Shown: one piece after another, positions 14,101 through 27,400 of the stretch
Layout: the number at the start of each line of letters is the position of its first letter
How positions within the stretch are numbered: position 1 is the first letter of the stretch
Origin: Haliotis rufescens
Taxonomy: Eukaryota
Length of the DNA: 64,000 nucleotides
Reading direction: 5' to 3'
Assembly (NCBI RefSeq): GCF_023055435.1
Contig: NW_025964001.1
Location: 43,090,001 to 43,154,000, forward strand
Notes under the pieces: generated by a model
The model's input: only the letters and a program-made list of their open reading frames with translations
Told to the model about the DNA's origin: nothing
Database searches by the model: none
Program-made: the position numbers and the translations under genes

Positions 14101-15132
14101 ACCAAAAGACGTTAGAAGATGGTACTTGTTAGCCTGCCAGGTGCTTATCATTAAGGGTTTAAAACAAGGACTGGTTATCTCGAGAGTCAGTATACTGTGT
14201 CTGAGTGGGGTATTCATGTCAAACTGTGGCATGGTCTATAAGTGGGCTGGCACTATAACATCGGCTTTAGGCCGGACTAGTAGAAGAAGGCACACACACA
14301 CATGTGCATGCACGTCGCTATATATAAGTGCAATAATCTTGAACGTGACGTTATAAACCCCATTTCATCTCACCTCTTTCCTGAAATAATGACACCACTT
14401 TTGACTGCAGAGGAATTAATTCCAAAATGTAATGTGATACCTTCTACCCTGCATTGTGTGAAGATGTTGTCATCTCACCATGGTTATTGGCTAAAAATAG
14501 ACTTGAAACGTCTGGATCAGGGTAACATATGTTGGCATATTTGGAATATTTTTTATATGATCCTTTCTTATTCGAACACTAAAGGCTTGCATAACATACT
14601 TTAAGGGGACCATCTCAGTATCGCCGGATTGCACCTTATAAAATAATTATCAGATAAATATTAATTGTGTCAAATATATTGTTTTCAGCTTCTGTTAGAT
14701 CTACTGCAAAACTACCCTGGCAAATTACGAAAAATAACTCTCAGTGAAAATAAGGTGAAGAAGAGCACTGTTGCAGCCATCAAATCAATCCTGCGTGCCA
14801 ATGTCCCCGATGATGCCAGTATTGATGCGAGTGAGGATGACTTCCTGTCCACCACTGCCAGTGTGAACTCCTCACAGGGGCACACTTCCTGCACCAGCGA
14901 TGCCCTGAGTGAGACCAGCAGCTCCGTGACTGAAGTGACAGACACAGAGGGCAGTGTTCAAAGTGAGACCAGTACCGTGAAGGATCTGGTGTTGACTGAC
15001 ATCGAAGATCCAGTCGAGAAAACACAGGTGGAGAAAGTAGATGCTGCCAAAAAGAAGAAGAAGAAGAAAGTGAAGGAGGAAGAAGAGGAAGATCTGGGTG
15101 AGGAGCTCAAGGAGGTGCCAGTATTTTGGTGA
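11124..15132 (+). CDS. LRRC73: Leucine-rich repeat protein, LRRC73-like (4 coding exons, ~366 aa)
   Basis: Exons 11124-11395, 12135-12295, 13566-13789 and 14689-15132, with GT-AG introns in consistent phases (2,1,0). RI-type LRRs resemble vertebrate LRRC73 (ISLRNCKISD, HGNPIGDEGL, LDVGDCDLGD, LSANTRISTAGW, LDYNNLED, LDFEGTGVT, LLDLLQNYP). Confidence 0.85.
11599..11850 (+). mobile_element. Family A retroposon copy (LRRC73 intron 1)
   Basis: Matches the consensus; (CAAA)n tail. Confidence 0.85.
12775..13297. mobile_element. Two divergently oriented family A copies (- partial 12775-12932; + 13067-13297)
   Basis: Consensus matches on opposite strands within LRRC73 intron 2. Confidence 0.75.
14040..14365 (+). 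mobile_element. tRNA-derived SINE with a Meta-domain-like body
   Basis: A degenerate tRNA head is followed by GTACCAAAAGACGTTAGAAGATGGTAC...CATTAAGGG. Homologous - strand copies at ~18815-19120 and ~22690-22885. Confidence 0.6.
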
Positions 15133-17394
15133 TTTTCCTTCTGGATTCAGTCAGGGTCATGTGGAGGTTCTGAGATTGGACCTACTTCAACTTGTTACTC
15201 ATTTTATCACAGTATCAGTATCACCGAACAAAGCATTTCCACACCTAAATATATATCTCAGTTAACACAATGTCTTGTTCTGTAACACTGTCTTGAACTT
15301 GAGAGCTCATATTATGTATTTCTTGTGCTCAAAAACACTACATGTTGCTGTATTCTAGCACAGTGTCAAGTCTGGCTGTGTATTGTCTGTCTGGAGGCAG
15401 TAGTCATGACAGACGTATCTGCTGGTGTTCTGTGATGCGATATTGGCTTGTGACCGTATTTACATCACTTCGACATTGATGTAAGATTTATGAGCTCGGT
15501 GTAGATTGGATTCTTCCATGATTGTGTGTACATGTATAAATCACCATGTCTGTGATTCCAACTGTTCATAGTAACAAATGTTAATATGGGATTACACTTT
15601 CTTAGTTAAGTAGAAGTTCTCGAACTTTTGGGGGGGTTGAGTCCCATCTGGGATTCGAACCCACACTCTCAGAGAGAGGCACCTAATCACCAGCACACAA
15701 AGTCAGCGATTTAACCCACTAAGCCATGTACGTGATCTAGACTACCAGTTGTTGGACTTCCATTTTGTGGAAGCCTCGGTGGCTGAGTGGGTTAGATCGC
15801 TGATATTGTGTTTATTTTCACAAGTATTCCCACAAATTGACAATTTACAGGACTGCAGACTCTAAAGATATGTGCGTGCCTGAAAAATGCATGTAATGTC
15901 TCTTCATTTCATACGAACATCCCACCGTTCGAAATAATAAGCACCAACATCCAGATATCTGTAGCTGCTGTTGTGTTCATATTCTGCCTGTTTACTGATG
16001 TCAGAATTGATGGGAAGAATCTATGCAATTAGATCTTAGCCAGTTGATACTCTCTTCACTGCCATGTGGGCTTCATGTAAAACTGTGTGTCCAATCAAAA
16101 CACAGGCTGATACCTCCAGCATTCACATGTCATATTTTTTAACCGATATTTGCCTGATTATCAGAGGCTATTTTACATATTGACTTACACAATTGTTATC
16201 TTAATATTACGAGATGTTGGAAACATTACGATCTGATCAGCACTGTACTTAACCCAGCCATGTTCCTTGGGACAGTCGCTATTATATTTCCACAATTCTC
16301 ATAAAACACTTGCTGTGCGGAACAGACTCCAGGATCTCAGAATTTACACTTTGGCTTAAAAAATAATAGTCTTAGTTCTTAGGCACTGCCAGCATCATCA
16401 GAGTTTGCCACATGTTTCGTTTTTATTTCCATTTTTTTAAAAAATATATGAATCCATAAATATTCCACCGATTATTGTCCGATCAGCATGATCAGTATAT
16501 ACACGATTTCGCTGAAATTGATGTAGACAAAAATAAGACAACATAAGTCCAGATACACACCAAACACTTCCATTGCCCAATACTGTAACATGACTCACTT
16601 CAGTACGGAGTTGTTGACATGCTACTTCCAGTGTTATGTGCTTATGTCTCAGCGTAGTGAAATAATGCCTAAGCTCAATCTTTGCTATATATTATGCACA
16701 CTGCATGGAGAGTAGTCAAATACTATATTTTACTCCCAAGGAATACATTTTTTATTTTTTTTATTTAATTATTTATTCCATTTCCCATCAAGGGAATACA
16801 TTTATATATAGCGAGGTCCTTTGCCAGATTGATTGTACACAACTTATTATTTGGTTACATACTAATTTGAACACACACACACCCCTCCCCCCCAAAAAAA
16901 TGCAACAAAAAACAACTGCCTGCACACACTACATTTTCAAAAGCCATTGCCAGAGAACCAATTCTTTTATTTTTTTAAGCCTTATGTTATGGTTGTAGCT
17001 CTCACATTTATGTGCTAGAGGAGCCTGGTGGTCCGTCTCACTATTTACCTGTCATGTCACAGAAGTTGTTGTACACTATGCATCAGCAGAAAATCAAATA
17101 TGGCCACTTCTCCCACATACAAGCATATCTTATGCAGAATATGATGTCTGTATAACATGTAGTATTTATTACCCTTAGTTGTGCCAAATTATTGTTATTT
17201 AATAGTTTTTTTAGTTTATATACAATATAATTGTACATCCATGTTGATATTATGTATCATAAATAATGACACTATAAACTTGTTTAAATATCATTGTATA
17301 TTTGTATCTTGCTGCAGTTGTCTACCTGTCTCAGTACTGAAGTTTATTCTAGAGGAGACTGATGTCAAAATATATACTTCTTTCATCTTGAAGT

Positions 17395-17615
17395 TCTTGC
17401 CATAAAAGGCAACTATGCTTGTTGTAAGAGGCGACTAATGGGATCGGGTTGTCAGGCTCGCTGACTTGGTTGATGCACGTCATCATATCCCAAATGCATG
17501 GATCGATGCTCATGATGTCAATTACTGGATTGTCTGGTCCAGATTCGATTATTTTTAAGAACGCTGTCATATAGCTGGAATATTGCTGAGTGCAGCATTA
17601 AACAACAAACAAACA
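17395..17615 (+). mobile_element. Family A retroposon, 5'-truncated
   Basis: Matches the consensus from the duplicated hairpin module to the tail. Confidence 0.8.
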
Positions 17616-18109
17616 TAATGAAGTTCCAGACCATGTGTACAGTAATAATTCTCCCAGTGCTAGGAGTGATCACCAGGTATTACATCATCTGATTTACCAT
17701 GAAACGACCACCTTATAATGAAGACCTTGTCTTTCAGGCCAGACCTTTTTGAAACTTGGTTTATGAACCTGCCAAATTGAAATGTGAAAAAAATAAAAAT
17801 GTAAAGCAGTAAATTTTTCTACCAACCAGAAATAAGTAAATGTTGAAAAAAAATCATTTTGAAGCTGGACTCAATCAATCAATAAAAATAAATTATTAAG
17901 AGCGCTATCTAATTAAAACCTGTTGAGCAGTTATCTTCAAAACACAATGAATAATGACGAATCACGAGAGGAAATAAATCAAAATATCCGAAATCAGAGT
18001 TTTTATTTTGTATATTTTTTCAACCTGACCTGATGTTTTGGGGCAAAAATCTAAGCTTCTATGTTCAGTGCAGGTTTCTGTGAAACCCATCCTTGTTTAA
18101 GCAGTTACT

Positions 18110-18300
18110 TCATCTCCATTCTGTTAGGGTAATACCCAGGACCAATTCTCTACCATAGGCTTGTTTCGGGACTGCATCTCCATTCTGTTAGGGTAATACC
18201 CAGGACCAATTCTCTACCATAGGCTTGTTTCGGGACTGCATCTCCATTCTGTTAGGGTAATACCCAGGACCAATTCTCTACCATAGGCTTGTTTCAAGAC
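18110..18300. repeat. ~64-bp tandem repeat, 3 copies
   Basis: Unit CATCTCCATTCTGTTAGGGTAATACCCAGGACCAATTCTCTACCATAGGCTTGTTTCGGGACTG. Confidence 0.9.
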
Positions 18301-19559
18301 TGAATCACACGTTAAAAATGGCAGTCGCACATAATTACTCCTATACAAGAGTTGTGGGAACATACGGGAGAGATGCGGATCCCAAACAATCAATGGTAGC
18401 TGATTGGTCCAAAACAAGTACTTTAGCCACAAGAGAATGCAAAAATGCAGAAAACGTGGAATGTTACGTAATAAAGGTTGTTTTAGTTCTTTATCAATTG
18501 TATTGATTTTAGTTAACTGGAGCAAATTGTTGAACTGCTTGTATGCTTTATGTAGTTTAGTTATGAGGTTCCTAGTTTCCCTCACTTCACAGACAGAATA
18601 AATACTCACCTTACAGCAAGTGGTTTGTTGATTATATATATTCCTGACAATTGAATCAAATAATGAAAATTCCATTTAAGTGAATTAGATTAATGTTGTC
18701 AGTAATAATACAGATATCTTCAGTTTGTACTTTATGTACAGGAGTGATCAGAGTGTACATGGACCCATCAGACCCTGTGTACTGTACCGAGCAGTGTACA
18801 GGAGGTGAGGCCAAATGGGGTTGATAGTTGTGTTCGAGATTCTTGCACGAGTGATGTGCATGCACATGAGTGTGCGTGGCTACTCATACTAGTCCGGAAT
18901 AGTGTCAGTTTCAAAGTGCTGGCCCACTGAGATACCATGTCGCAGTTTAACATGAATCCCTCACTCAAACACGGTACACTGACTCCGAGCCCACCAGCCC
19001 ACCAGTCCTTGTTTTTTGCCGAGGGCAAGGCAGGGTAACAACAAGCATCATCTTTAAATGTTGTTGGGTTCAAACCACCATCTCTTTGGGCAGCAGCTCA
19101 ATCCACTTGACCACAGAGGTCAGCACTGTACAGATGCATAATGAATATAGGAACGTGGTGAAAACATGAAATAAGTCCTCATTCAAACATTAATCGTACT
19201 TCATTCATTGAGTGAGTGATGTTTTAACTAATGTTTGACATTGGCACTAGTCCCATAGTCCTTGCCAAACTGCCCAATAGTTGACGTATCCTGAGGAAGA
19301 GTAGACATTTACCATTTGTAGGGGTTTTGGTATATGCTATCATAATAACTACTAGTGGAATAAAATTGTTAGTTTCTATAACTGGTTTAACACTGTTTTG
19401 AACAGTATAGCAGTTAGATCACAACTTTTGAATGATGTTAAAGACAGTCAGCAATATTCGACATCCAGCTCCATGTAAATATTTGCATGAAGACCAGGCA
19501 GTCCAGTGGATGAGCTCACATCCACACCATCGGGGTACAACGCAATCAATCACTTGAAA

Positions 19560-19823
19560 GGTGAGTGAGTTGGGTTTAACACCGCTTTTAACAGTATTCC
19601 AGTTATATCACGGCGTGGGAGGAAAGCCCGAAGTAATGCAGGTCTCAGACGTTTACCACTTCAGTGAAACCCACGAGCACGGGTATGGTGCTGAAAAACC
19701 TAGAAACATAATCGGGGCATACCAGGATTCGAACCCACAATCATAGGTTTCTGGCGCGGCCAAGGGACGCAACTCTGCACAGTGAATCGCGGCACCTTAG
19801 ACGACTGGGCCACCCGTGTCCCC
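19560..19823 (-). mobile_element. tRNA(Leu)-like SINE with (ACTC)n tail
   Basis: Head GTGGCCCAGTCGTCTAAGG..., B box GGTTCGAATCC and TSD TCACTTGAAA. Related copies or fragments at ~6041-6143 (+), 9600-9800 (-), 22950-23015 (-), 29795-29822 (-), 41345-41420 (-) and 53068-53330 (+). Confidence 0.8.
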
Positions 19824-20389
19824 TCACTTGAAACACTGTCTAAAACATGTGAAAAGCAGGACCTCTACCAAAGCGTTCAACTGTTGACAATAAGTGACTA
19901 CCGTTGTGTTACAATAGCCTCCCGACAAGTGAAATCAGTAGGTCTTCATGCTTTGTCACCAATAGGATGAGCACATCATCTCCTGAAAGACTGAGGTCAC
20001 AAATAATGAACTGAAACAATGACTCCAACTTCAATTCATGAAACATTTATCACATTTAAACAAAGGAATGAAAAATTAAACATTTATTGTAAGAGTGAGT
20101 GAGATAGTGAATTTAGTCTTGTGGTGTAGTCAGTATTCGCAGTGGTTGAGGAGTGGTGATGCTGGTAACAGCAATACAACATTGAAATATTTGTGTGTAA
20201 ATATTTACAACATATTGTTACATTCTAACACTTGTTTCATATGTTCATCTGAACTGGAAACAAGCTTGGTTTACATAACCAAAGACAAAATGATCGGCAT
20301 TTATTTAGACTTCGACTATTACATTTTGGAGTGATAAGTAAATGTGGTAGAATCATCCTTGGGCAGTACCCTGCTAATTGCCCACAGCT

Positions 20390-20750
20390 TTTGGGCCTAT
20401 AGTTCCTAAAGAGGCTGGTGTTGTAACTATAGTTCCTGAAGAGGCTGGTGTCGTAACTATAGTTCCTGAAGAGGCTGGTGTCGTAACTATAGTTCCTGAA
20501 GAGGCTGGTGTCGTAACTATAGTTCCTGAAGAGGCTGGTGTCGTAACTTTAGTTCCTGATGAGGCTGATGTCGTAACTATAGTTCCATTAGAGTCTGGTG
20601 TTGTAACTATAGTTCCTGTAGAGTCTGATGTTGTAACTATAGTTCCTGTAGAGGCTGGTATTGATACTACAGTTCCAGCAAAAGCTTGTGTTGGACCTTT
20701 AGTTCCTGTTGAAGTTGTTATTGATAATATTTGTTCCAGTAGAGATTGGT
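20390..20750. repeat. 30-bp minisatellite (~11 copies)
   Basis: Unit TAGTTCCTGAAGAGGCTGGTGTCGTAACTA. Confidence 0.9.
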
Positions 20751-21488
20751 GTTGAGACCATAGCGCAAAGTAGAGGCTAGACCTGTGGAAAAAGTGCTAA
20801 CACCATGAACACCACATATCCCATCGTGCTCAGCTGCAGGCAGTGAAAGTCTAGTCTGTGGTTTTCGGAAGAGTTATCTCCCATTTGTTACTTTCTCGAC
20901 TCAGGTCCGGGACTGAATGCACCATACACATATCGCAACAGCTGAACACCATATAGACAGGACTGCATAAGTTGGAATATGCTATGTCGGTCAAATGCCA
21001 TCTGTTTTCATATGAAAGACCTATAACAGTCATAGACTACTCTCATAGAAGTTTTGATATCATTATGATGTTATTGTTCCCCATAAATTGTTTCTTGCTT
21101 GTCCGATGTTTGGAAAAAACACCTGAACCAGTATAATGTTATCCCACATAAAACAAATAATTACCTATTTCAGCAGATAATCCAGACTAACGTGAACATT
21201 TTATATTTTTGAAAATTAATCTACTAAATAATTGAGCATTTTGAGAAAAGAAGTGTTCTAGTATAAAGTCATCGAAGGCCACAGCATACTAATTTATGGG
21301 ACTGAGACAGCATGTTACATGGGTAGTACATTATGCTGGTTTGTTGTTTTCAGCTTACTGACTAATGGCAGGATGGGAGGATACATCCCTAAATAAATAT
21401 CAAAATAATCACATTTTCATCATTTGTCATCAATATTCAATGACCATTTCAATCAGTTCATGTGAGTGCACCGTGTTAAACCTATGTG

Positions 21489-24400
21489 TCAGTAATCATA
21501 TTTGAGCTTCCTTGGTTTCATGAACCGCTTGATGTCATCATCTGTGATCTTGGCCCTCCTTTCTCGATGTTCTCCTATTAGTTTCTGTAAAATTGTAATC
21601 AGTTCCTTTTTCAGCTCTCCTGTTAAAATCTGACCACTGGAATAACCCTGAAAGAGAAAACAACATTGTCAAAGTACCTCTCACACAAACTCATTCAAAA
21701 ATTTATTTGAATCGATTATTTTAATGAAAAAATGCATTCATTAAACCTAAATATCACATCTTCCCGTGGCAAGGGAGTTAACTGAATATAAAAACCACTT
21801 TCCACCCTTGCGAATATGGCTGCAATTATGGAGTTACATTTTGGCTGGACTAACATAGTCTATGCATAGTCCAATCAAAATCGCGTAACGAACAGGACAT
21901 TTGGTTTGTAAACAACATGGATTTCAATGTTTCGATAGATATTTTACAGATTCTTTCATGTTTTTAATCAAGGTGCTCACATGATTTTATGCACTTGGCA
22001 AGGTAAGACCCATTTTATTAAAATAGAGATCTTGATTATCGATCAGATCGTCTTCACCAGGTGAGGCCATTTTTTCTTTAAAGAAATGCAAGTGATATGA
22101 GAGATGGAATCTGACTGGTCACTAGGAGGAACATAGAAGGGACATAACTCATAATAGCCACTGGTGGCACTACGATCGTGCCTGGAAATTCCAGCCTAGT
22201 TCGGCAAGGGTGGAAACTGGACTTTCATAGTCAGTTAACGCCCTTGCCTCGGGAAGATGAATTATCAATGCATGCATAGCTCTATGCTATGATGGCCCTA
22301 TTCTATCCCCAATAGAAGTGGCCTTATTCTATACTACTCAAAAGAAGATAAAGCTTTAACTTCTTTTGAGTAGTATATATAAATACCCTATTAAAATCAA
22401 GTCTGAATCAGACAAAACAATGATGTTTACATTCAATTTGCATTCATCTATGCAGCCCTTGAGACCACTCTATCCACAATTAATAGTCTGCTCCCATGAC
22501 AAGCAAGGGCTACTCCAGACGTATTCCACCCTGCAGTACATGGGTACAAATAATGGTTATAGGACTCAACCTTTGATTGGGATAATGAGTCATATCATTC
22601 TACTCAAATTCTTTCATATTACTCTAGTTAATGCTGTGGGAGGGTATGTGGTATGGTGGTGGTATTTACACTAGTTATACACCTGTGTGGCGGCTGTTTG
22701 CACCAGTCCGGACTTATGACGTTTTTATTGTGCTTGCCCATTGAGTTTATGCCAAAGATTTAACATGCCCAACTCAGACACAGTATACCGACTCCGAAAT
22801 GACAAGTCCTTTTTCATCCCCTATATGCTGAGGCTCAGACAGGGTAACAAGAAGTACCATCTTTTAACGTCTTTTGGGATCGATCCAGTGAGGTGTCATT
22901 CTAGCTACTAGCCCATAGAGGAATCTCCCTGATCAAAGGTGTCTGGCTCACCAAAGGGACACAATTCTGCACACCAAATTGCAGTGCCTAACACGACTGG
23001 GCCATCTACGCCTCCTAAAAAAGCTTCAATATCAATAATATCTTAAATCATATAATCATGATGCATTTTGACAAACAGAGCCTTAACAAACATGCATAAT
23101 GTAAAAACAAAGGATACTGACTTGTTTTATTTCTTCTAGTCTGGCATCATCCTCCAAGAAGAATGTAAGGTACTGGTAGGACACGTCAACACTGCAGTCT
23201 CCTCCCTTTTCTCGATGCTCCTCTACTGTTGTCTGACCTCCAGAGAATGCATACTTGTTGATCTGTCCATGAGGAGAAAACAAACCATATACGACATGTG
23301 ACAGCTAATACACAAGAATGCATGACAAGAAAATCTTTCAGTTAATTATTAAAGCCAGTATCAGTGATTATAAATGCACCTCATAAGACCCATTTTACCC
23401 ATCTACTTACAGCAAGGGAGTTAACTGACTATAAAAGTCAAGTTTCCACATTTATAGTCAGTTAACTCCCTTGCCCCAGCAAGATGTATGTTACCATGCT
23501 TACAATCACAACTGGTGTTGCTTTTTTGGCATGAAAATGGAAGGGTTGAATGTTGCCTTATTCAGCAGTAATTTAGACTGTGAACATAGACATGGTGAAT
23601 ATAGACAAGAAATAACTGTATTTACACGTCAATCACACGTAAAGATAGTGAATCGTAATTGCCTGTCTTTCGTATTGCAATTTATTGCACTAATGATTCA
23701 TGTATTGCTATACGGTATGTACCACAAGATACTGCATGCATTCTTTTATGTATAATTTGTTATGAATCTGAATAAAAAGGACCCGTACATCCGAACTCCC
23801 CCACAAATTTGTAACAACTTAGTAATCCCCTGCCAATTTGTTGGATGTTGCTATTGTCGCAACATGCGCAATATACACATTATATACTGTAAATCTTGAA
23901 ATTAACATGAGTGTGAGTTAAATGCAAAAAATGCAAGTGGTCTTTGTTCGCATTAATTAAATGACGCATTTATGTCTGCAAAATGACTATCAATAATAAG
24001 ATGGCCATACTGCACACGTTGGATAGTGGAAAATACCAGCTTGAATATAAACACAAACACGGTTTATTGAGCAGCAGTTGTAACAAGTATATAACAACGT
24101 CATTCAAAGAATAGGAATTACACAATAGGCATCCAGTGAGTTATAACTGCTGGGGTCAAGAGTTCTACCCACTTGTGTCAAACTAGGCAGCATTGACCAC
24201 TCCATTTCAAATTTGTTGACACCTTCTCCGCATACCAATCAGTGAACTGTTGTTAGTTCAATTATTTTATTGCCCTTCAACTTCCCTCACGCCAGTCAAC
24301 AGAATAAACATATAAACTGTTAATTGTTTTTTACAGAAGTGCTTTACGTAGTGCTAATAAGTGGTGCTATTTGCTATTTGATTGGATTAAGGTAATGTGT

Positions 24401-27400
24401 CATCCCACTGGGAATGGGGTGGGGGGAGTTGCATTGATATTGAGTCACATTTTTGTCTAAGGGACAACAGTCATATTAATTTGGAGATTATTTTCAAGAT
24501 TTACAGAAAAGGAAGCCGGTCGCGACGAGTTTCGCTTTTTCGATCACAGCAATCTGATGCTGATTTCTGTATTTCATTACTTCAACTCAATGTTTTGCTT
24601 GTGTAAGCTATGCCCAACATATATTCATGATATTGAAAAATGCAATATACCGGTATTTTTCCAAACATAATGTGATACGTATTCATTAGTATTTCATATT
24701 GTGGTATACTTGTGATACTCTGCACCTCTACTTAACAAGTATTTACTTTCAGATAACAATACACTGCAATAATGTCTGAATTTTGCATTCCAATGTATTG
24801 TACTGTGGAGTTAACACAGTCATATGAATGATGGTTTCTAGAGGGGCGTCAAACATACTGTGGGGTTGATAGAGTAATATGTAGGACTTTAAGAGACATC
24901 TTAACATTTGTCACCTTTGTCTTGATCTGTTTGTCTGTGTCTGTCAGGAATATAGAGGAGTTGGCGTCACTGGCACTCATCTTGCTTTGAGCTCCTTGCA
25001 GTGCAGGGAAAAACATGGAGTGCATCAGAGCCGGCTTCATACATCCCATCCTCGGTGCTACATCCCTCGTCATTCGGAAATAGGGATCCTGCAAACATTT
25101 AGTGAATATTAACATGATCAAAAATTAGAAGGACGAGGTTGCATAAGGGCCGATTTAAGTAGGAGAGTTAATTTAATGTCACATCAGCATTATTTCAGCC
25201 ATATAGTGATCAATGTTGAGGAAAGGGGGAGCTCTCACCTGGTCGATAGCCCAGGGGATCAGACAAGGGAGAACTCACCTGGTCAATAGCCCAGGGGATC
25301 AGACAAGGGAGAACTCACCTGGTCAATAGCCCAGGGGATAAGGCAAGGAGAACTCACCTGGTCAATAGCCCAGGGGATCAGACAAGGGAGAACTCACCTG
25401 GTCAATAGCCCAGGGGATCAGACAAGGGAGAACTCACCTGGTCAATAGTGCAGGGGATCAGACAGGGGAGAACTCACCTGGTCAATAGCCCAGGGGATCA
25501 GACAAGGGAGAACTCACCTGGTCGATAGTGCAGGGGATCAGACAGGGAGAACTCACCTGGTCAATAGCCCAGGGGATCAGACAAGGGAGAACTCACCTGG
25601 TCAATAGTGCAGGGGATCAGACAGGGAGAACTCACCTGGTCAATAGCCCAGGGGATCAGACAAGGGAGAACTCACCTGGTCAATAGTGCAGGGGATCAGA
25701 CAAGGGAGAACTCACCTGGTCAATAGCCCAGGGGATCAGACAGGGAGAACTCACCTGGTTAATAGTGCAGGGGATCAGACAGGGAGAACTCACCTGGTCA
25801 ATAGCCCAGGGGATCAGACAGGGAGAACTCACCTGGTCAATAGCCCAGGGGATCAGACAAGGGAGAACTCACCTGGTCAATAGTGCAGGGGATCAGACAG
25901 GGAGAACTCACCTGGTCAATAGCCCAGGGGATCAGACAAGGGAGAACTCACCTGGTCAATAGTGCAGGGGATCAGACAGGGAGAACTCACCTGGTCAATA
26001 GTGCAGGGGATCAGATAGGGAGAACTCACCTGGTCAATAGCCCAGGGGATCAAACAAGGGAGAACTCACCTGGTCAATAGCACACAGGATCAGACAAGGG
26101 AGAACTCACCTGGTCAATAGCCCAGGGGATCAAACAAGGGAGAACTCACCTGGTCAATAGCCCAGGGGATCAAACAAGGGAGAACTCACCTGGTTAATAG
26201 TGCGGGGGATCAAACAAGGGAGAACTCACCTGGTCAATAGCCCAGGGGATCAAACAAGGGAGAACTCACCTGGTCAATAGTGCAGGGGATCAGACAGGGA
26301 GAACTCACCTGGTCAATAGCCCAGGGGATCAGACAAGGGAGAACTCACCTTGTCAATAGTGCAGGGGATCAGACAGGGAGAACTCACCTGGTCAATAGCC
26401 CAGGGGATCAAACAAGAGAGAACTCACCTGGTCAATAGCACAGGGGATCAGACAAGGGAGAACTCACCTTGTCAATAGTACAGGGGATAAGGCAGGGAGA
26501 ACTCACCTGGTCAATAGCGCAGGGGATCAGACAGGGAGAACTCACCTGGTCAATAGCGCAGGGGATCAGACAGGGGACGTTGCTCTTCCCGTTGAAGATG
26601 TCCGGAAAGGAGGAGCTGAAGCTTGGAGCAGCCTGGATGGAAGGGAAGCTGATCTTCCCAATGCAGTCACTGTCACCGAAACCAAAACAGCCCTTCACCT
26701 GGTTAAATGTGACCAACTTTTGAAACCGACACATGTTCCTGTAAAACCCTCTGCTGTTCCTGTTGAAGAAACATGACATGCATTTGAATTGGTTTATCAA
26801 GGTAAATAACATGACGGAATCCAAATGACTTTGATAACTATTTGACATATTCAAACATATTGAAACACAGTACTGCATTCCATACTTATCATGCTTATAG
26901 GGAATTTTCCTCTACAAAAGAATCAATGTATCCTACTCATAAGAAGTTTAAGAACAGTTATTTCATCATGTTATTAGTTAATTTGTCATAGTCAATCTGT
27001 AATGACATGATAGATTTACTATAGTCATATGAAAAAATAGAGTGTTCTTTAACTTCTTTTAAACAGTATATAAACATAAACTAGAGCTTACAAAGTCTAT
27101 GTAAATATTGAATCTTGTTCTTGTCCTGTTATGCACGTAAAGACCGTTAGATCATAGCACCATACACAAAGTATGTTTTTGAAACTGTTGACAAGGTCCA
27201 TGAGGACAGAGAAACTTTTCAATGACGATTACTGGGAAGAATAAGGTCAGTATTATTACCCAATATATTCAAAATCACTGAAGATGAACGTCTTCTCTGG
27301 GTCAAATCCGCAAGCTATAATATCCTTAGTGTTTTCATACGCCAGCCTGTTTGCCTCTTCAATTGTGAAATCCTTCCACAGGAACTTCTCATCATCTGTC

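Noticed and set aside
25234-26575. CRISPR-like regular array
   Set aside because: There are no unique spacers or cas genes. The units are head-to-tail copies of a WARS1 exon/intron boundary in a eukaryotic locus.
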